NCBI RefSeq assembly: GCF_009914755.1
Contig: NC_060938.1
Strand: one strand, 5' to 3'
DNA length: 64,000 nt
Source: the human T2T-CHM13v2.0 reference genome, Homo sapiens
In this document: in pieces, positions 15,463 through 31,122 of the stretch
Layout of the letters: each line of letters starts with the position of its first letter
Numbering within the stretch: position 1 is the stretch's first letter
Position numbers and translations under genes: made by a program
Notes under the pieces: model-generated
Database searches by the model: none
Seen by the model: the letters and a program-made list of their open reading frames with translations, nothing else
What the model was told of the DNA's origin: nothing

Positions 15463-16004
15463 TCCTTAAAGTTTCATAAGAGATGTGATCTCATTTCTAA
15501 GCTACTCTGGTATGAATGTCACTCCCTCTTTTCTCACCCTAACTTTTTCAAGTCAGGAATGAGGAGTATTTCTTGTTTGCATTCTGGAAATCAAGTCAGC
15601 AGTTCCATCTCTAATTAATATGAAACTTCTACTCCACTGAAAACAAATATTTGTGTTACAAATGAAAGAGAATATCATCCACAATCTAGCTTCTTACTCA
15701 GTCCCATGTTGCAGCTGTTGCTTTAAATAGAATCCACTTGCTATAGACTTGGATAGCAAGATGCTTTGGTGAGGTATCTCTGTTGGCATGTGAGCCTAAT
15801 ACTTCACTGATATATTTAAAATAAGCATATGCTAAAAATTTTTTGTTCATTATAAATGCTGATTCCAAGCAGCAAAGAATTCACATTTTGGGAATTTACA
15901 AGCCTAATTCATTCCACACATATGAGGCCAGATCCTGGTAGAATTGATGTCTCCCTAGAAGAGGCAGTTGGAAGGGAGAGTTGGGTCTGCACAAACTCAT
16001 AACC

Positions 16005-16460
16005 ATTGTTGATTTTGAATCACAGAAACCCTGGCTCAAATGGGCTTAGATGAGAGAGGGCCTTATCATCCCATTTAACAAGGCCAGAGGTGGGTTGGCT
16101 CCAGGATTGGCCAATTCAGGGGCTTAGGGACATCATGGAGGACCTCCCAAGCCCACAGATATTGCCCATCTTTCCTCTCTGCAACCTTCTGTGTGGCTTC
16201 TCACGACCAAGGCATTTCCCAGCATCAAATCATGGCAAGATTTTGAGCCAGGGGAAAGGAGAGGTTTCCTCTTACCTGTCTCTTCTTGATAGCAACAGAA
16301 TTTCTCCCAAACTATGCTCCCTGCCCCAGCAAATTTCTTTTCATGCCTCATTGGCCAGAATTGAATCAACACCATACACTCAAGGCTTGACTCAGGGAGG
16401 CCTTCCAGAGCACATGGCCTCATGGGGATGAAGCTGGGCTTTCCCAAGGAAGGGAAATTC
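16005..16460 (-). mobile_element. MLT1 (K/L-like) LTR, degraded
   Basis: ACAGAAACCC..CTCAAATGGGCTTA; CTCATTGGCCAGAATTG. Confidence 0.55.
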
Positions 16461-16699
16461 AGGCAGGGAGTCAGCAATGTATATCATGCCACCTTATCCC
16501 TTAGGAGCTTATAAACAACATGTAAATATTCTTTATATATTTCCTGCTCCTGTTTTACTTGAGCCCCTCTTCATATTCCCTGGGCTCCATAGTTGCTTCA
16601 ACAGCCCCTATCCCTCCCCTAACAGCCTTAGGTATCTTCTCTTTCCAATCCACACTCCTTCAAATACCCTGCCCCAACTGCATGCCCCTAGCAGCCTTC

Positions 16700-17500
<801 letters not shown>

Positions 17501-17843
17501 CCAAGTTATAAGTAGAGGAATAAAGAAGTATTAATAATGGTGGTCATTGGCACTGTGGGAAAGCTAAGCATTTGCAAGGTAGATTGTGAACCAAGCCACA
17601 TTTCTGATGTTTCCAAATTACTGGCTTAAAAAATTAATTGTTGGAGAATAATCAATGTATGAGTTACGAGTGATGTGAAGTATTCCATATTAAAAGGAAG
17701 GCATGGGTGGGAGGTTGGATTTGCTATCTTTTCAAAGCAGTTGGTGACTTTGTCATTTATTAATCTTATTAGAAACATTTCTTTTCTGGAGTTTAATTAG
17801 AAGAAAATACATGATGTTAAAACATACTCTACTAAATGCTGAG

Positions 17844-18147
<304 letters not shown>

Positions 18148-18182
<35 letters not shown>

Positions 18183-18241
18183 TATATATACACACATATA
18201 TACACATATATATACATATATATATATACACATATATATAC
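18148..18241. repeat. Compound (TA)n/(CA)n microsatellite in Alu tail
   Basis: Alternating TA/CA for ~93 bp. Confidence 0.95.
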
Positions 18242-18974
18242 TAACTGCTGAATGTTTCATTTGAACCTTCATCAAGTTTCAAAATAAAATATTTCAGGAT
18301 GAACACGTGAATGCTTTGTGTCTCTTACTTGAGATTGTTTTTACTTATTCAGAGAATTGTTTTAGGAGTCAGGGAGATGTTGCATGATTTGGAGGCTCCG
18401 AATTCCTGAGGATCCTCCTGAATTCTCAGATGTCTTCCCTAGTTCCTCTCCAGACTCATCCAGCCTTGTCCTTTGTTCTTTCCAATTCTCTGAGCACACC
18501 CTCTGCCTGGGAGAGGGCATCTGTCTATGTGATGCTCCTATCACAAGCATGCGAATTATGCCCATGTTTACAATTTCATTCCATCTCTCTTCGAAGTGCT
18601 AGTCTCACATTTTCAAATGACCGATGAACATCTCCATTAGGTGTGTTGCTGGGAACTCAAATGCCCTCCCTCATCATACCTTTTCTGCCTTCCCAATTTT
18701 TTCCCTAATATTTATTAAAGGCCAACTCAAACGCCATCTTCTCCAGAAAGCACTTTCCAATTGTCTTTCACCTAATAGGTAAATATTTATTGAGTGCCAG
18801 TTAAGGGACTTGACCTATTACAGACCAGAGTATACAGTGGTGAGCACACGTCCCTGTGGGGTGAAATATCAGAGAGTAGGTGACAACAGCTAGGAAGGAC
18901 CTCATTTTGGTTGGAAGTGATCTCTTGCATCTCTGATCTCCTAAAACTTCACTGTCTATGTAATAAAGACACAA

Positions 18975-19165
18975 TAACAAATAACTTAACCTGAAGAGGA
19001 TTTGCTGTGCACTGGGTGCTGTCCTAATACATAATAACTCAATCTTCACAACAATCGTGTGAGACAGCACTGTTCTTCCACCCCCACTACCTTTTTTACA
19101 GAAGGGGAAACCAAGGCACAGAGAGATTAAGAAACTCATCCAGGATTACAAAGCTAGTAAGTGAT
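18975..19165 (-). mobile_element. MIR
   Basis: TTTTACAGAAGGGGAAACCAAGGCACAGAGAGATTAAG..ACAAAGCTAGTAAGTG. Confidence 0.85.
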
Positions 19166-19416
19166 AAGTGTGCTTTCATTAAAGCCAAGAAAGTAAAATT
19201 AGTAACAAGTTCTGTTTGGGGTAAAAATATTTAAACTTAATGTCATGAGTTTTAATATACCCACTTTTCAGTTTCAGTATTTTCTCAATGACATTAATGT
19301 CCTGGAGAAATATTAATGATTAAAAAATATACTAAGACTTATTAATAGGGGTGCACACTTTTCCTGTTGCCTCAGGCTCCAGTATGGCTTGGCACAGCAT
19401 TGTTGGAGCTTGTTTC

Positions 19417-19728
19417 TTTTTCTTTCTTTTTTTTTTTTTTGAGACAGGATCTTGCTTTGTCACCCAGGCTGCTGGAGTGCAGTGGCATGATCTCAGTTCT
19501 CTGCAACCTCTGTCCACTGAGCTCAAGCTATCCTCCCTCCTCAGCCTCCCAAGTAGCTGAGACCACAGATGCGCACCACCGTGCCTGGCTAAGTTTTTGT
19601 ATTTTTAGTTGAAATGGGATTTCGCCATGTTGGCCAGGCTGGTCTCAAACTCCTGGCCTCAAGTGCTCCACCCACCTTGGCGTCCCAAAGTGCTGAGATT
19701 GCAGAGGTGTGAGCCACTGCACCCAGGT
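19417..19728 (-). mobile_element. AluJb-like
   Basis: TSD AGCTTGTTTC. Confidence 0.94.
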
Positions 19729-19809
19729 GAAGCTTGTTTCATTTAAACTTTTGCTATTTTGTATATCATAGATTTTATGCATGAACTTTTATTTTTTAAA
19801 AATTATGCA

Positions 19810-20570
<761 letters not shown>

Positions 20571-20853
20571 TGTTGATTTTTATATCTGCATCTATTTATC
20601 ACTGTTATTTCCAATTAAACTATAAATGCTTTGAGGGCAAACATCATTCATCATACTGCCTTCTTAGATTCCCAAAGACATCTAGCATTTTGTTTGGCAC
20701 ATAAAGGTGCTTGGTAAAGGATGGCTGAAAGGGAATCAGAATAGCCTCTTTTAATGTATTGAACTTTACCATCCTCACCAGCTACTTTTACCACAATATG
20801 TAGTTTTGCTTTCTTGATTGCAGTTTCCCTCTTACATGCATGCTTCATTTTAA

Positions 20854-21113
<260 letters not shown>

Positions 21114-21591
21114 GCCCAGTGTTTTCTTTTTAGTGAAACTTCACATTTTTCAGAGATACAGAGCCTTTGGGAAGAAAACCTAGAAGTTTTAGTTCTGTAA
21201 GTGGACAGATCAGTGTAGTAAAAAGAAGGCAGAGGATGTTCACAGACATAATTATCAGGTCTTTGGTAACAACATGGGAGTTTTTGAAGCACAACGGTTC
21301 TGTGATTTATGCCTCCTTGCACCTGGAGCTCGGCTCCACTCCTCCCACACCCTGCTGCAAAAACCTCTTCACCTGTGGCTGTGCGGTCTCTGTGTAGTAA
21401 CTTCACGCCTGGTTGGTTATATTTTCTCCAGCACTGCTTCCGGGAATGACAGGAGGGGATGAGTATTTTCTCTCCTGTCACTGAACTACTAGAAATGTGG
21501 CTGTTTAGGAGGGGAGGATTCATGACGAATGCAGCCATTTCTCCGGGATGCATTGAGTAAAACCCTTTGAGAGCCCTCCTCAGGGTGGGAG

Positions 21592-21598
<7 letters not shown>

Positions 21599-21622
<24 letters not shown>

Positions 21623-21624
21623 TT
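21599..21624. repeat. Poly(T)26 with no adjoining Alu body
   Basis: C7 followed by T26. Confidence 0.9.
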
Positions 21625-21866
21625 ACTGGAGAGACAGCCTCCAGCGCAAAATGAAGACACATTCCCTGGGTGGGAGTTTTGAAGACAAAATAAAAGAAAT
21701 GCATAGCACCAGGAAACATCCGTACCTGTTGCCTTCTGGAGGGCTCCTCCTGCGAGCATTGTCATTGGGTTAGGTCCTGCACCCTTCCTGCCAATCCACT
21801 CTTGGGCTGGATTGAGAAATACAGAAATCACTTTGGGTTGCTTGGCTGTATGTTGAAATCCTCTGA

Positions 21867-22092
<226 letters not shown>

Positions 22093-24270
22093 GACTATAG
22101 GCCAGACTCTTAAAAATGAGGTGGCAGAAAATCTGAAGTTTAACCAAGACTCAAGTCCATTTTAATTTCTATTTTAATAATCTGAGCACAGAAAATAGAT
22201 TAGTACGCTATCTGAGATTAGAGTGAACTGGTGAGAGACTCAGTGTCCAAATATATGAAGAAGAGTAGCAAGAATTGGTACAAAGTGAGAAAAGAAGTTG
22301 AGAGTGGTAGACAGGGTCCAGGCCCAGTCCCCAGGTCCTGGTGCTGTATGTTCCCTTACTGTATTTTCAGAGAAGGCGGGGAGGTGTTCAGCAGCCAGAA
22401 CTCCATTTGAGGTAAGCCAGACTCAGATGGGGGTAAAGCAGAAGTCAAAAATCATCCTTTCTATCCTTCTGTATCAAGACTAAGTATAACAGCAGGGAGC
22501 TTGAAATGTAGAGACATGAGAGTTAAAGTTGACACCTAGTCTCAGATTTAGATATCAAAAGGTTAAGACTGTAAAAATCGGGGTGATCTGGAAGGATGTG
22601 ATTCGAAAGTCAAACTGAGGGCCCATTGTGGGGCCAGGTGCTGGCCCTGGGTCTGGAGATATAGACATGACCAGACATAGTGCTGCCCTCTGGGAACTGT
22701 GATCTGTCTGGAATCATATATCTTACACTCCAGCCCAGTACAGGTTTCCAGGATTAAGTGGTGTTAGATAAATTGCAAGTACACTTTCAGAACTACATGA
22801 TAATACGTATGGAAATTTTAACTAGAAAGGTGTACAGTGACAGAACTCCCTCCCCCCTACTTTAGTGGGGTGGCCACACTTCAACATACCTCTGTATTAC
22901 TCATCTTCCATGCAGTGTTTCCCCAGGACCTGCCTTGACTTTTCTCTTGCTGAGCTCTGTTCTACCACACACTTGCCTCCCCAGATAGCTAATTATAAGC
23001 TTCTATTTTAGTGCCTGCTTACAACAAAAGCTGTGTCAAAAGCAGCGCATACCCATATAGAAATTTAAAAGGGTACAATTCCTGAATGGTGATGAAGCAG
23101 TACTCTGCGATGTGCTTCATCATCCAAGCGATGGTTCGGGGAAATGGAAATAGATCTGGTCAGATCGGTGCAGGCCAAGCGGGTGCCTAACATGTGTTTA
23201 CCGACAACGACCTAGTACACGTTTATTAGGAACATTTTCTATTTACATAAAGAGGCAGAGACAGCTCCAGTGTTCATCAGGATCAGCTTGGGCTACTGCA
23301 GCCTTGCACATCAGTTCACAGCTTTGCAGGCCCAGAAGCGTTTTCACTAGCCCTTCTCAATCTTGAGAAATAATGCTTCTGATGTCACAGTAGTGTAGGC
23401 TATTTGAGCCCTAGGTTTACGTATAGTAGTTTTAGGTTTTGGATTTTTAGTCACAGGCCTTCTTGCTAATGCGATCGTCTCTTTTAGGCCTTTGGCATCT
23501 GAGCCAGTTCTGATTTGCTGGGATGCTATTATTGCCTCTTCTTATCCATTTCAGGAGTAAGGGGTAGAAGGGAGGAAAAAAATAGAAATAGGAACAGCAT
23601 GAATGTTGATCGACATCTTGCATTTTGAAGAGGAAACTCATCATCTCCTCCAAATGGTCATCTACTCAACGCCTGGAGCTCTAAAGAAATGCCCATCCTC
23701 TTAATATAAAACAAACACAAACTATGTGTTCAGAGCTTCCATGTGCATTTGTGTTTACAGACGGAAATACCTGTGAGACTAAAAATCTTCAAGCCTTATT
23801 GCAGATCCCTGGTTTCTGTGGGATTATGTAAAACCTGTATTTCTGAAACCCCGCCTCCCGTCTTCCTTCCATCTTAAAGCAGGGTTGAACCTTTTATTAA
23901 ACTGACAGCCAGGAAATGTTTTACCTGCTTGACTTGTTCTTACTATTTTATACAGGTTTCAGTCAAATGTTTCTACACCCTGCTGGGCGTGGGAGGCCGT
24001 GACTCACCAAGAGAGAGGATATTCGGTTTGCATATCCAGGGTGTTGCAGGATGATAGAGGACTTCACAATTCAGGCTTGGTGCCATTTTGTCCCTTCCCT
24101 CGTTCTCTCTTGGATATTTACTTGGCTACTTGCTCCCATGGAGAACCAGTCAGCTGAGTATTCAAATATTAAATTAATTCCTCTTTCTACACAAGTGGCC
24201 AAGCAAGTTTTTACTAGAAACGTAGACTGGTGCCTGAGGAAGACTGGGGGTAGGGAGAAGAGAGGATGAG

Positions 24271-24425
24271 TTTATTTATTTAGTTATTTTTAATTTTTTT
24301 TTTTTAATAGAAATGGGGTCTTGCTGTGTTGCTCAGGCTGCTTTCAAACTCCTGGCTTCGAGGAATCCTTCTGCCTTGGTCTCCCAAAGTGTTGGGATTA
24401 CAGGGATGAGCCACCATGCCCAGCT
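24271..24425 (-). mobile_element. FLAM
   Basis: Single left arm; TSD ~TGAGTTTA. Confidence 0.88.
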
Positions 24426-24657
24426 AGAGACTGAGTTTAAAGGGCAAAGGAAACTGTGGAAAGTAGTTTCTCTAAATATAAGTTTTGTGATGCTTTTCCA
24501 TTGTCCAAGATCTTTGTGCCTTTGTGTATGAATAGGCCAAGAAAATGTTTTAGAATAACTTTGAATTAATCAATTTGTGTCAAGAAACCTCCTTTTTCCT
24601 GCTGCAGCAGGGTCTGCTTGGCCTATGAAAGCTCAAGGAGGGGTCTTTTATGACTCA

Positions 24658-25080
<423 letters not shown>

Positions 25081-25264
25081 CTATGGTTGGAGGAGCTAGC
25101 CCAACAGAGGCAGCTGCGATCAGGGGAAGGGTGGAAGCCGCACACCAGAGCACCCTTGCTGCTCCAGGGCTGTCAACGATCTTCTCATACTCAGAGACTC
25201 GCTCGCCCCTGTGTCCTTTCATTCCTTCCTGCAGGCACTTCTGGAGCGGGTAGCGTGGTGAGAT

Positions 25265-26590
25265 TTCTCACACAAAATTTGCTACAAAGCTACAGTAGAC
25301 CACGTAGTGTGGTAGTAACATAAGAACAGACGTATAGATCAATGGAATAAAATAGACAGCCGGGAAACAAACCCTTGTCTTCAATAGTGCTGGGAAAACT
25401 GGATATCCACTTACAAAAGAATGAAGCTGGACCCTTACCTTATACCATGTGCAAAAATTAACTCAAGATAGATCAAGGACCTAAACTAAATCTTCATAAT
25501 CTTTGATTTGGCAAGATTTCTTGGATGTGACACTAAAAGCACAGGTAGCCAAAGAAAAAAATAGACAAATTTGGCTTCATCAAAATAAAAAACTTCAGTG
25601 TATCAAAGGTCACTGTGAAGGGAATGAAAAGATGGCCTACAGAATGGGAGAAAATACCTGCAAATCACACATCTGATAAGGGACTACTATCCAGAATATG
25701 TTAAAAGCCCCTACAACTCAACAACAACAAACCAAACAACCTAATGTTAAAATAGGCAAAGTAATTCAATAGACAGTTCTCCAAAGAAGATACACAGATG
25801 GCCAATAGGCACAGGAAAAGATGTTTAAAATCATTAATCATTAGGGAAATACAAATCAAAATCACAATGAGATACCACTTCACATCTATGAGGATGGCTG
25901 GTAATAAAAACAAAAACAGAAAACAACAAATGTCGGTGAGGATGTGGCTAACTTGGGACACTCGCATATTGCTGGAGGGAGTGTAAAATGGTGCGGCCAC
26001 TGTGGAAAACAGCCTGATTGTTCCTTGGTGGTAATACAGAATTTCCATATGATCCAGCATATTCCACTCCTAGGTATATACTCAAAGTAATAGAAAATAG
26101 GAACTCAAACAGATGCGTGTACAACAACCTTCATAGCAGCACCGTTCATAATAGCCAAAAGGTAGAAACAACAGAACCGTCCACCAGCAGATGAACAGAT
26201 AAACAAAATGTGGCAAATCCATGCAATGGAGAAGGATTCAGCCACAAAAAGGAGTGGGATTCTGATACCTGCTATGACACGGATGAGCACCAAAGACATT
26301 ATGCTAAGTGAAATAACCCAGACACAAAAGGAAAAATATTGTGTGATTCTACTTCTTTGAGTGACCTAGAATAGGCAAATTCACAGAGACAGAAAGTAGA
26401 ATAGAGGTTTGGCAGGAGCTGGGGGAAGGGGAAATGCGGAGTGATTGCTCAACAGGTACAGAGTTTCTGTTTGGGATGATGAAAAGTTACATACAGCATT
26501 GTAAATGTCCTTATTGCCACTGAATTGTACACTTAAAATGGTTAAAGTGGTAAATTTTATATTATGTATATTTCACCATAGTAAAAAAAA
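25265..26590 (+). mobile_element. L1MB-like LINE-1, 3' ORF2 remnant and 3' UTR
   Basis: ORF 25798-25986 ([28 protein letters not shown]) matches the L1 ORF2p C-terminus; L1M 3' UTR GAATTGTACACTTAAAATGG. Confidence 0.92.
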
Positions 26591-26594
26591 GTTT

Positions 26595-27040
<446 letters not shown>

Positions 27041-28177
27041 TTATGATTTAGTCTCTGCCAGTTCTTTCCAAGGGGCTGGTGCGTCTGTAAGGAAGTGTTC
27101 ACCAGTCTACGTGAAATACATGTGTATTTCTCATGCATCTGAGTGTATTAAATTTGAAGTCCTGTTTTAAAATCTGAGATTGTCATGATTACATTGTTTT
27201 GGGGTTAAAGTGTCCAATCATCTCCCACCATAAAATGATGGTGACAATAATTCAGGTTGTTTTTTAAGTGTCTGTGCTTGGCAAAATAGAAGTGAGCAGT
27301 CCTATGTTAGTCTCTCAAAAGGTTTTCAAAATTTTAATGGTTTGTTAAATTCCAAAGATTGGGAACCATTCCTCCAGACACCATCCCTTTGAAAATACTG
27401 AAATAGAAACTGCTTCTGCTGTTTATTTTATTTGTGCCAGAAAGAAAAAAAAAATGGAAAGGACCTATACATTTTTCTGTGGTTCATAGGACCTGGAGCA
27501 ACAAAGGGCAGCATTGAAACTGACAGCATTGACATGTAATTTGTCCTGCTGCCTGTTGGAACGTTCTTTTTCAGATGCTGGAGGAGCATGACAGAGGAGA
27601 GGTGGAGGTAGGCGAGAGTAATATAATTTCTCCAGGAGAACATCTGAGAGGGGAAGTTGCTTTCCTGCCCTGGCCCTTTCACCCTCCTGAGTTTGGGGGC
27701 TGTGGTGGGGCAGGGATTGACCAACAGCCATTCCTAGGGGATGGATGCCTTTGCATTCCAGAGGGCAGCTGGCTGAAGGGAGTGCTGAGTCTGTGGGAGC
27801 CATAGCCCGCCCCACCCTTTAGGCAGATTAGTTAATTATTGAAAAGTGCCTCAGAAGCACAAAGGTCTGGAGAGACTCCATGAGCTATTGCTCAGGCCCG
27901 TGTGGGAGCTGGCATTTCTGAGGAGACACTGAGACTCTTCTAGGAGGCTGTGGAACAAGAAATAGTTCCTTCCCATTGTGGTGCAGTCCTTTCAGGTTTG
28001 GTGTAGAGAGACAGTTCCAGAGAATTCTTATACAGTGCATATAACTTCTCAAGAGAGAAGTTAAATTTATTTGTCTTAGGATTTGTGAAGTATTTAGATA
28101 AATGAACCACATCAGATATTTTCCGTTGTTTTAATTTTTTGTGTGTGTGGTTTTAATGTTTTAAGGACATTCAGGTC

Positions 28178-28474
<297 letters not shown>

Positions 28475-28994
28475 CATTCAGGTCATTTATGCATAAACGA
28501 TCACATGACATGTTCTGTTCTCTGACTTACTTTTTTCTTTTACTTAACAACATTCCCTGTAGCTCTTTCTGTGTTAGTGCATATAGGCATCCCCCATTTT
28601 AACTGTTGCATTCCTTCTAGATGTATCATAGTTTCTTTACCCACTATTTTAGCAAAGGATCACATAGGTGGTTTTCCATTTTTCACCATTACAAACAATG
28701 CTGCAACAAATGTTCTTATACACAAATGGGTGTGTGTATGTATGAGTGTTTCTGAAGGATATTATTTCTAGAAGTGGAATTTCTGGATCAAAGGGCATGC
28801 ACATTTAAAATTTTTGTAAATAATATTGAGTTTCTCCCCCAAAATTCTGTTCTGATTTTTATAGCCACCATTATACTCATCAGCGTTGGACATAATCATT
28901 TTGTTAAAACTGCCAGCGTCATGTGCAGAAAAAACAGTGTCATTTTAAATTGCATTTCCTGGATTTACCAGTTAGATTGTTCATTTTATCATAT

Positions 28995-29552
<558 letters not shown>

Positions 29553-30330
29553 TTAAGACAAAGTGAACTCTTCCTTGTAATCATGTCCCAAGTCAATAAA
29601 TAAAATATTATAAGACCTTCTCCCCAAAAGAAGACTCTCCCCTGAAAAAGATCGACCTCCTCCAAAGTAATTCCTACCCCAACATCTAAGTGCTGTAGAT
29701 TAGTCGTTCCTGTTTCCTACTGTCATATGAACAGACTCATACAAACATGCACTCTTCTGCGTCTAGCTTCCTTCATTCGCATTACGTTTATGAGTCTTTC
29801 ACGTACTCGTGTGTAGCTGTAGTATGCTCATTTACATTGCTTATTGTATTGCATTATGTGAATATATCACAATTTATTGATTGATGGACATCTGGGTTAC
29901 ATCTGTTGCCAACTTTCAGTTATTAATGAATAATGTTGCTAAGAGCATTATCGTGCATGCTCTTTAGTATAGCTGTGCATCATCTCTGTTGGGTATATAT
30001 CTAGGAACAAGATTCTGGGGTCATCAGCATTGTTCTGTTCAACTCCACCAATTGCATTTGTGAATTTCTTATGAATATTCTTTGCACACTTATTATCGGG
30101 TGGTTTGTGTTTTATTATTGACTTGTATCTGTCCTATTTACTCTGGATGTTAGTTCTGTTGTAAATATTCTCTCTTAGTCTGTATATAGGCCCTTTTATT
30201 TTACAAAGTTTAAAGTTTTTATGCAGTCAAATCTGTAATTCTTTTTCTTTATGGTTTCTGGTTTTATATCTTGCTTAGAAAGTCCTTCTCTATCTCAAGA
30301 TTGTAAAATACTCTCTTATGTCTTGTCTCC

Positions 30331-30629
30331 TTTTTTTTTTTTTTTTTTTTTAGACAGGATCTCACTCTGTTTCCAGGCTGGAGTACAGGATATGATCATG
30401 GCTAACTGTAGCCTCAACCTCCTAAGCCCAAGCGATCCTCCCCTCTCAGCCTCTTTAGTAGGTGGGACTACAGGCATGCACCGCCATACCTGGCTAATTT
30501 TTTAATTTTTTGTAGGGACAGGGTCTTGCTATGATGCCCAGATGGTCTCGAACTCCTGTGCGCAAGCGATCCTCCCGCCTCAGCCTCCCAAAGTGCTGGG
30601 ATTACAGGTGTGAGCCACTGCATGGGGCC
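30331..30629 (-). mobile_element. AluJ
   Basis: GATCATGGCTAACTGTAGCCTCAACC, J-type diagnostics. Confidence 0.93.
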
Positions 30630-30753
30630 ACATTTCCATTTCCTTCTAATACTCATTTTGATTTTTTACTTTAGGCTTTTTAGTCAGTATGGAATTTATT
30701 TGTGAGGGTGAGAAATAGAGGCTAATTTATTATCTAAATTAGGGGATGAGTAA

Positions 30754-31122
<369 letters not shown>

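Noticed and set aside
23089-23165. C/D-box snoRNA (GTGATGA resembles box C)
   Set aside because: No CTGA box D with a terminal stem at a suitable distance on either strand.
25701-26299. L1 ORF2-like ORFs as functional CDS
   Set aside because: Fragmented by stops and deletions; an old 5'-truncated L1 relic.
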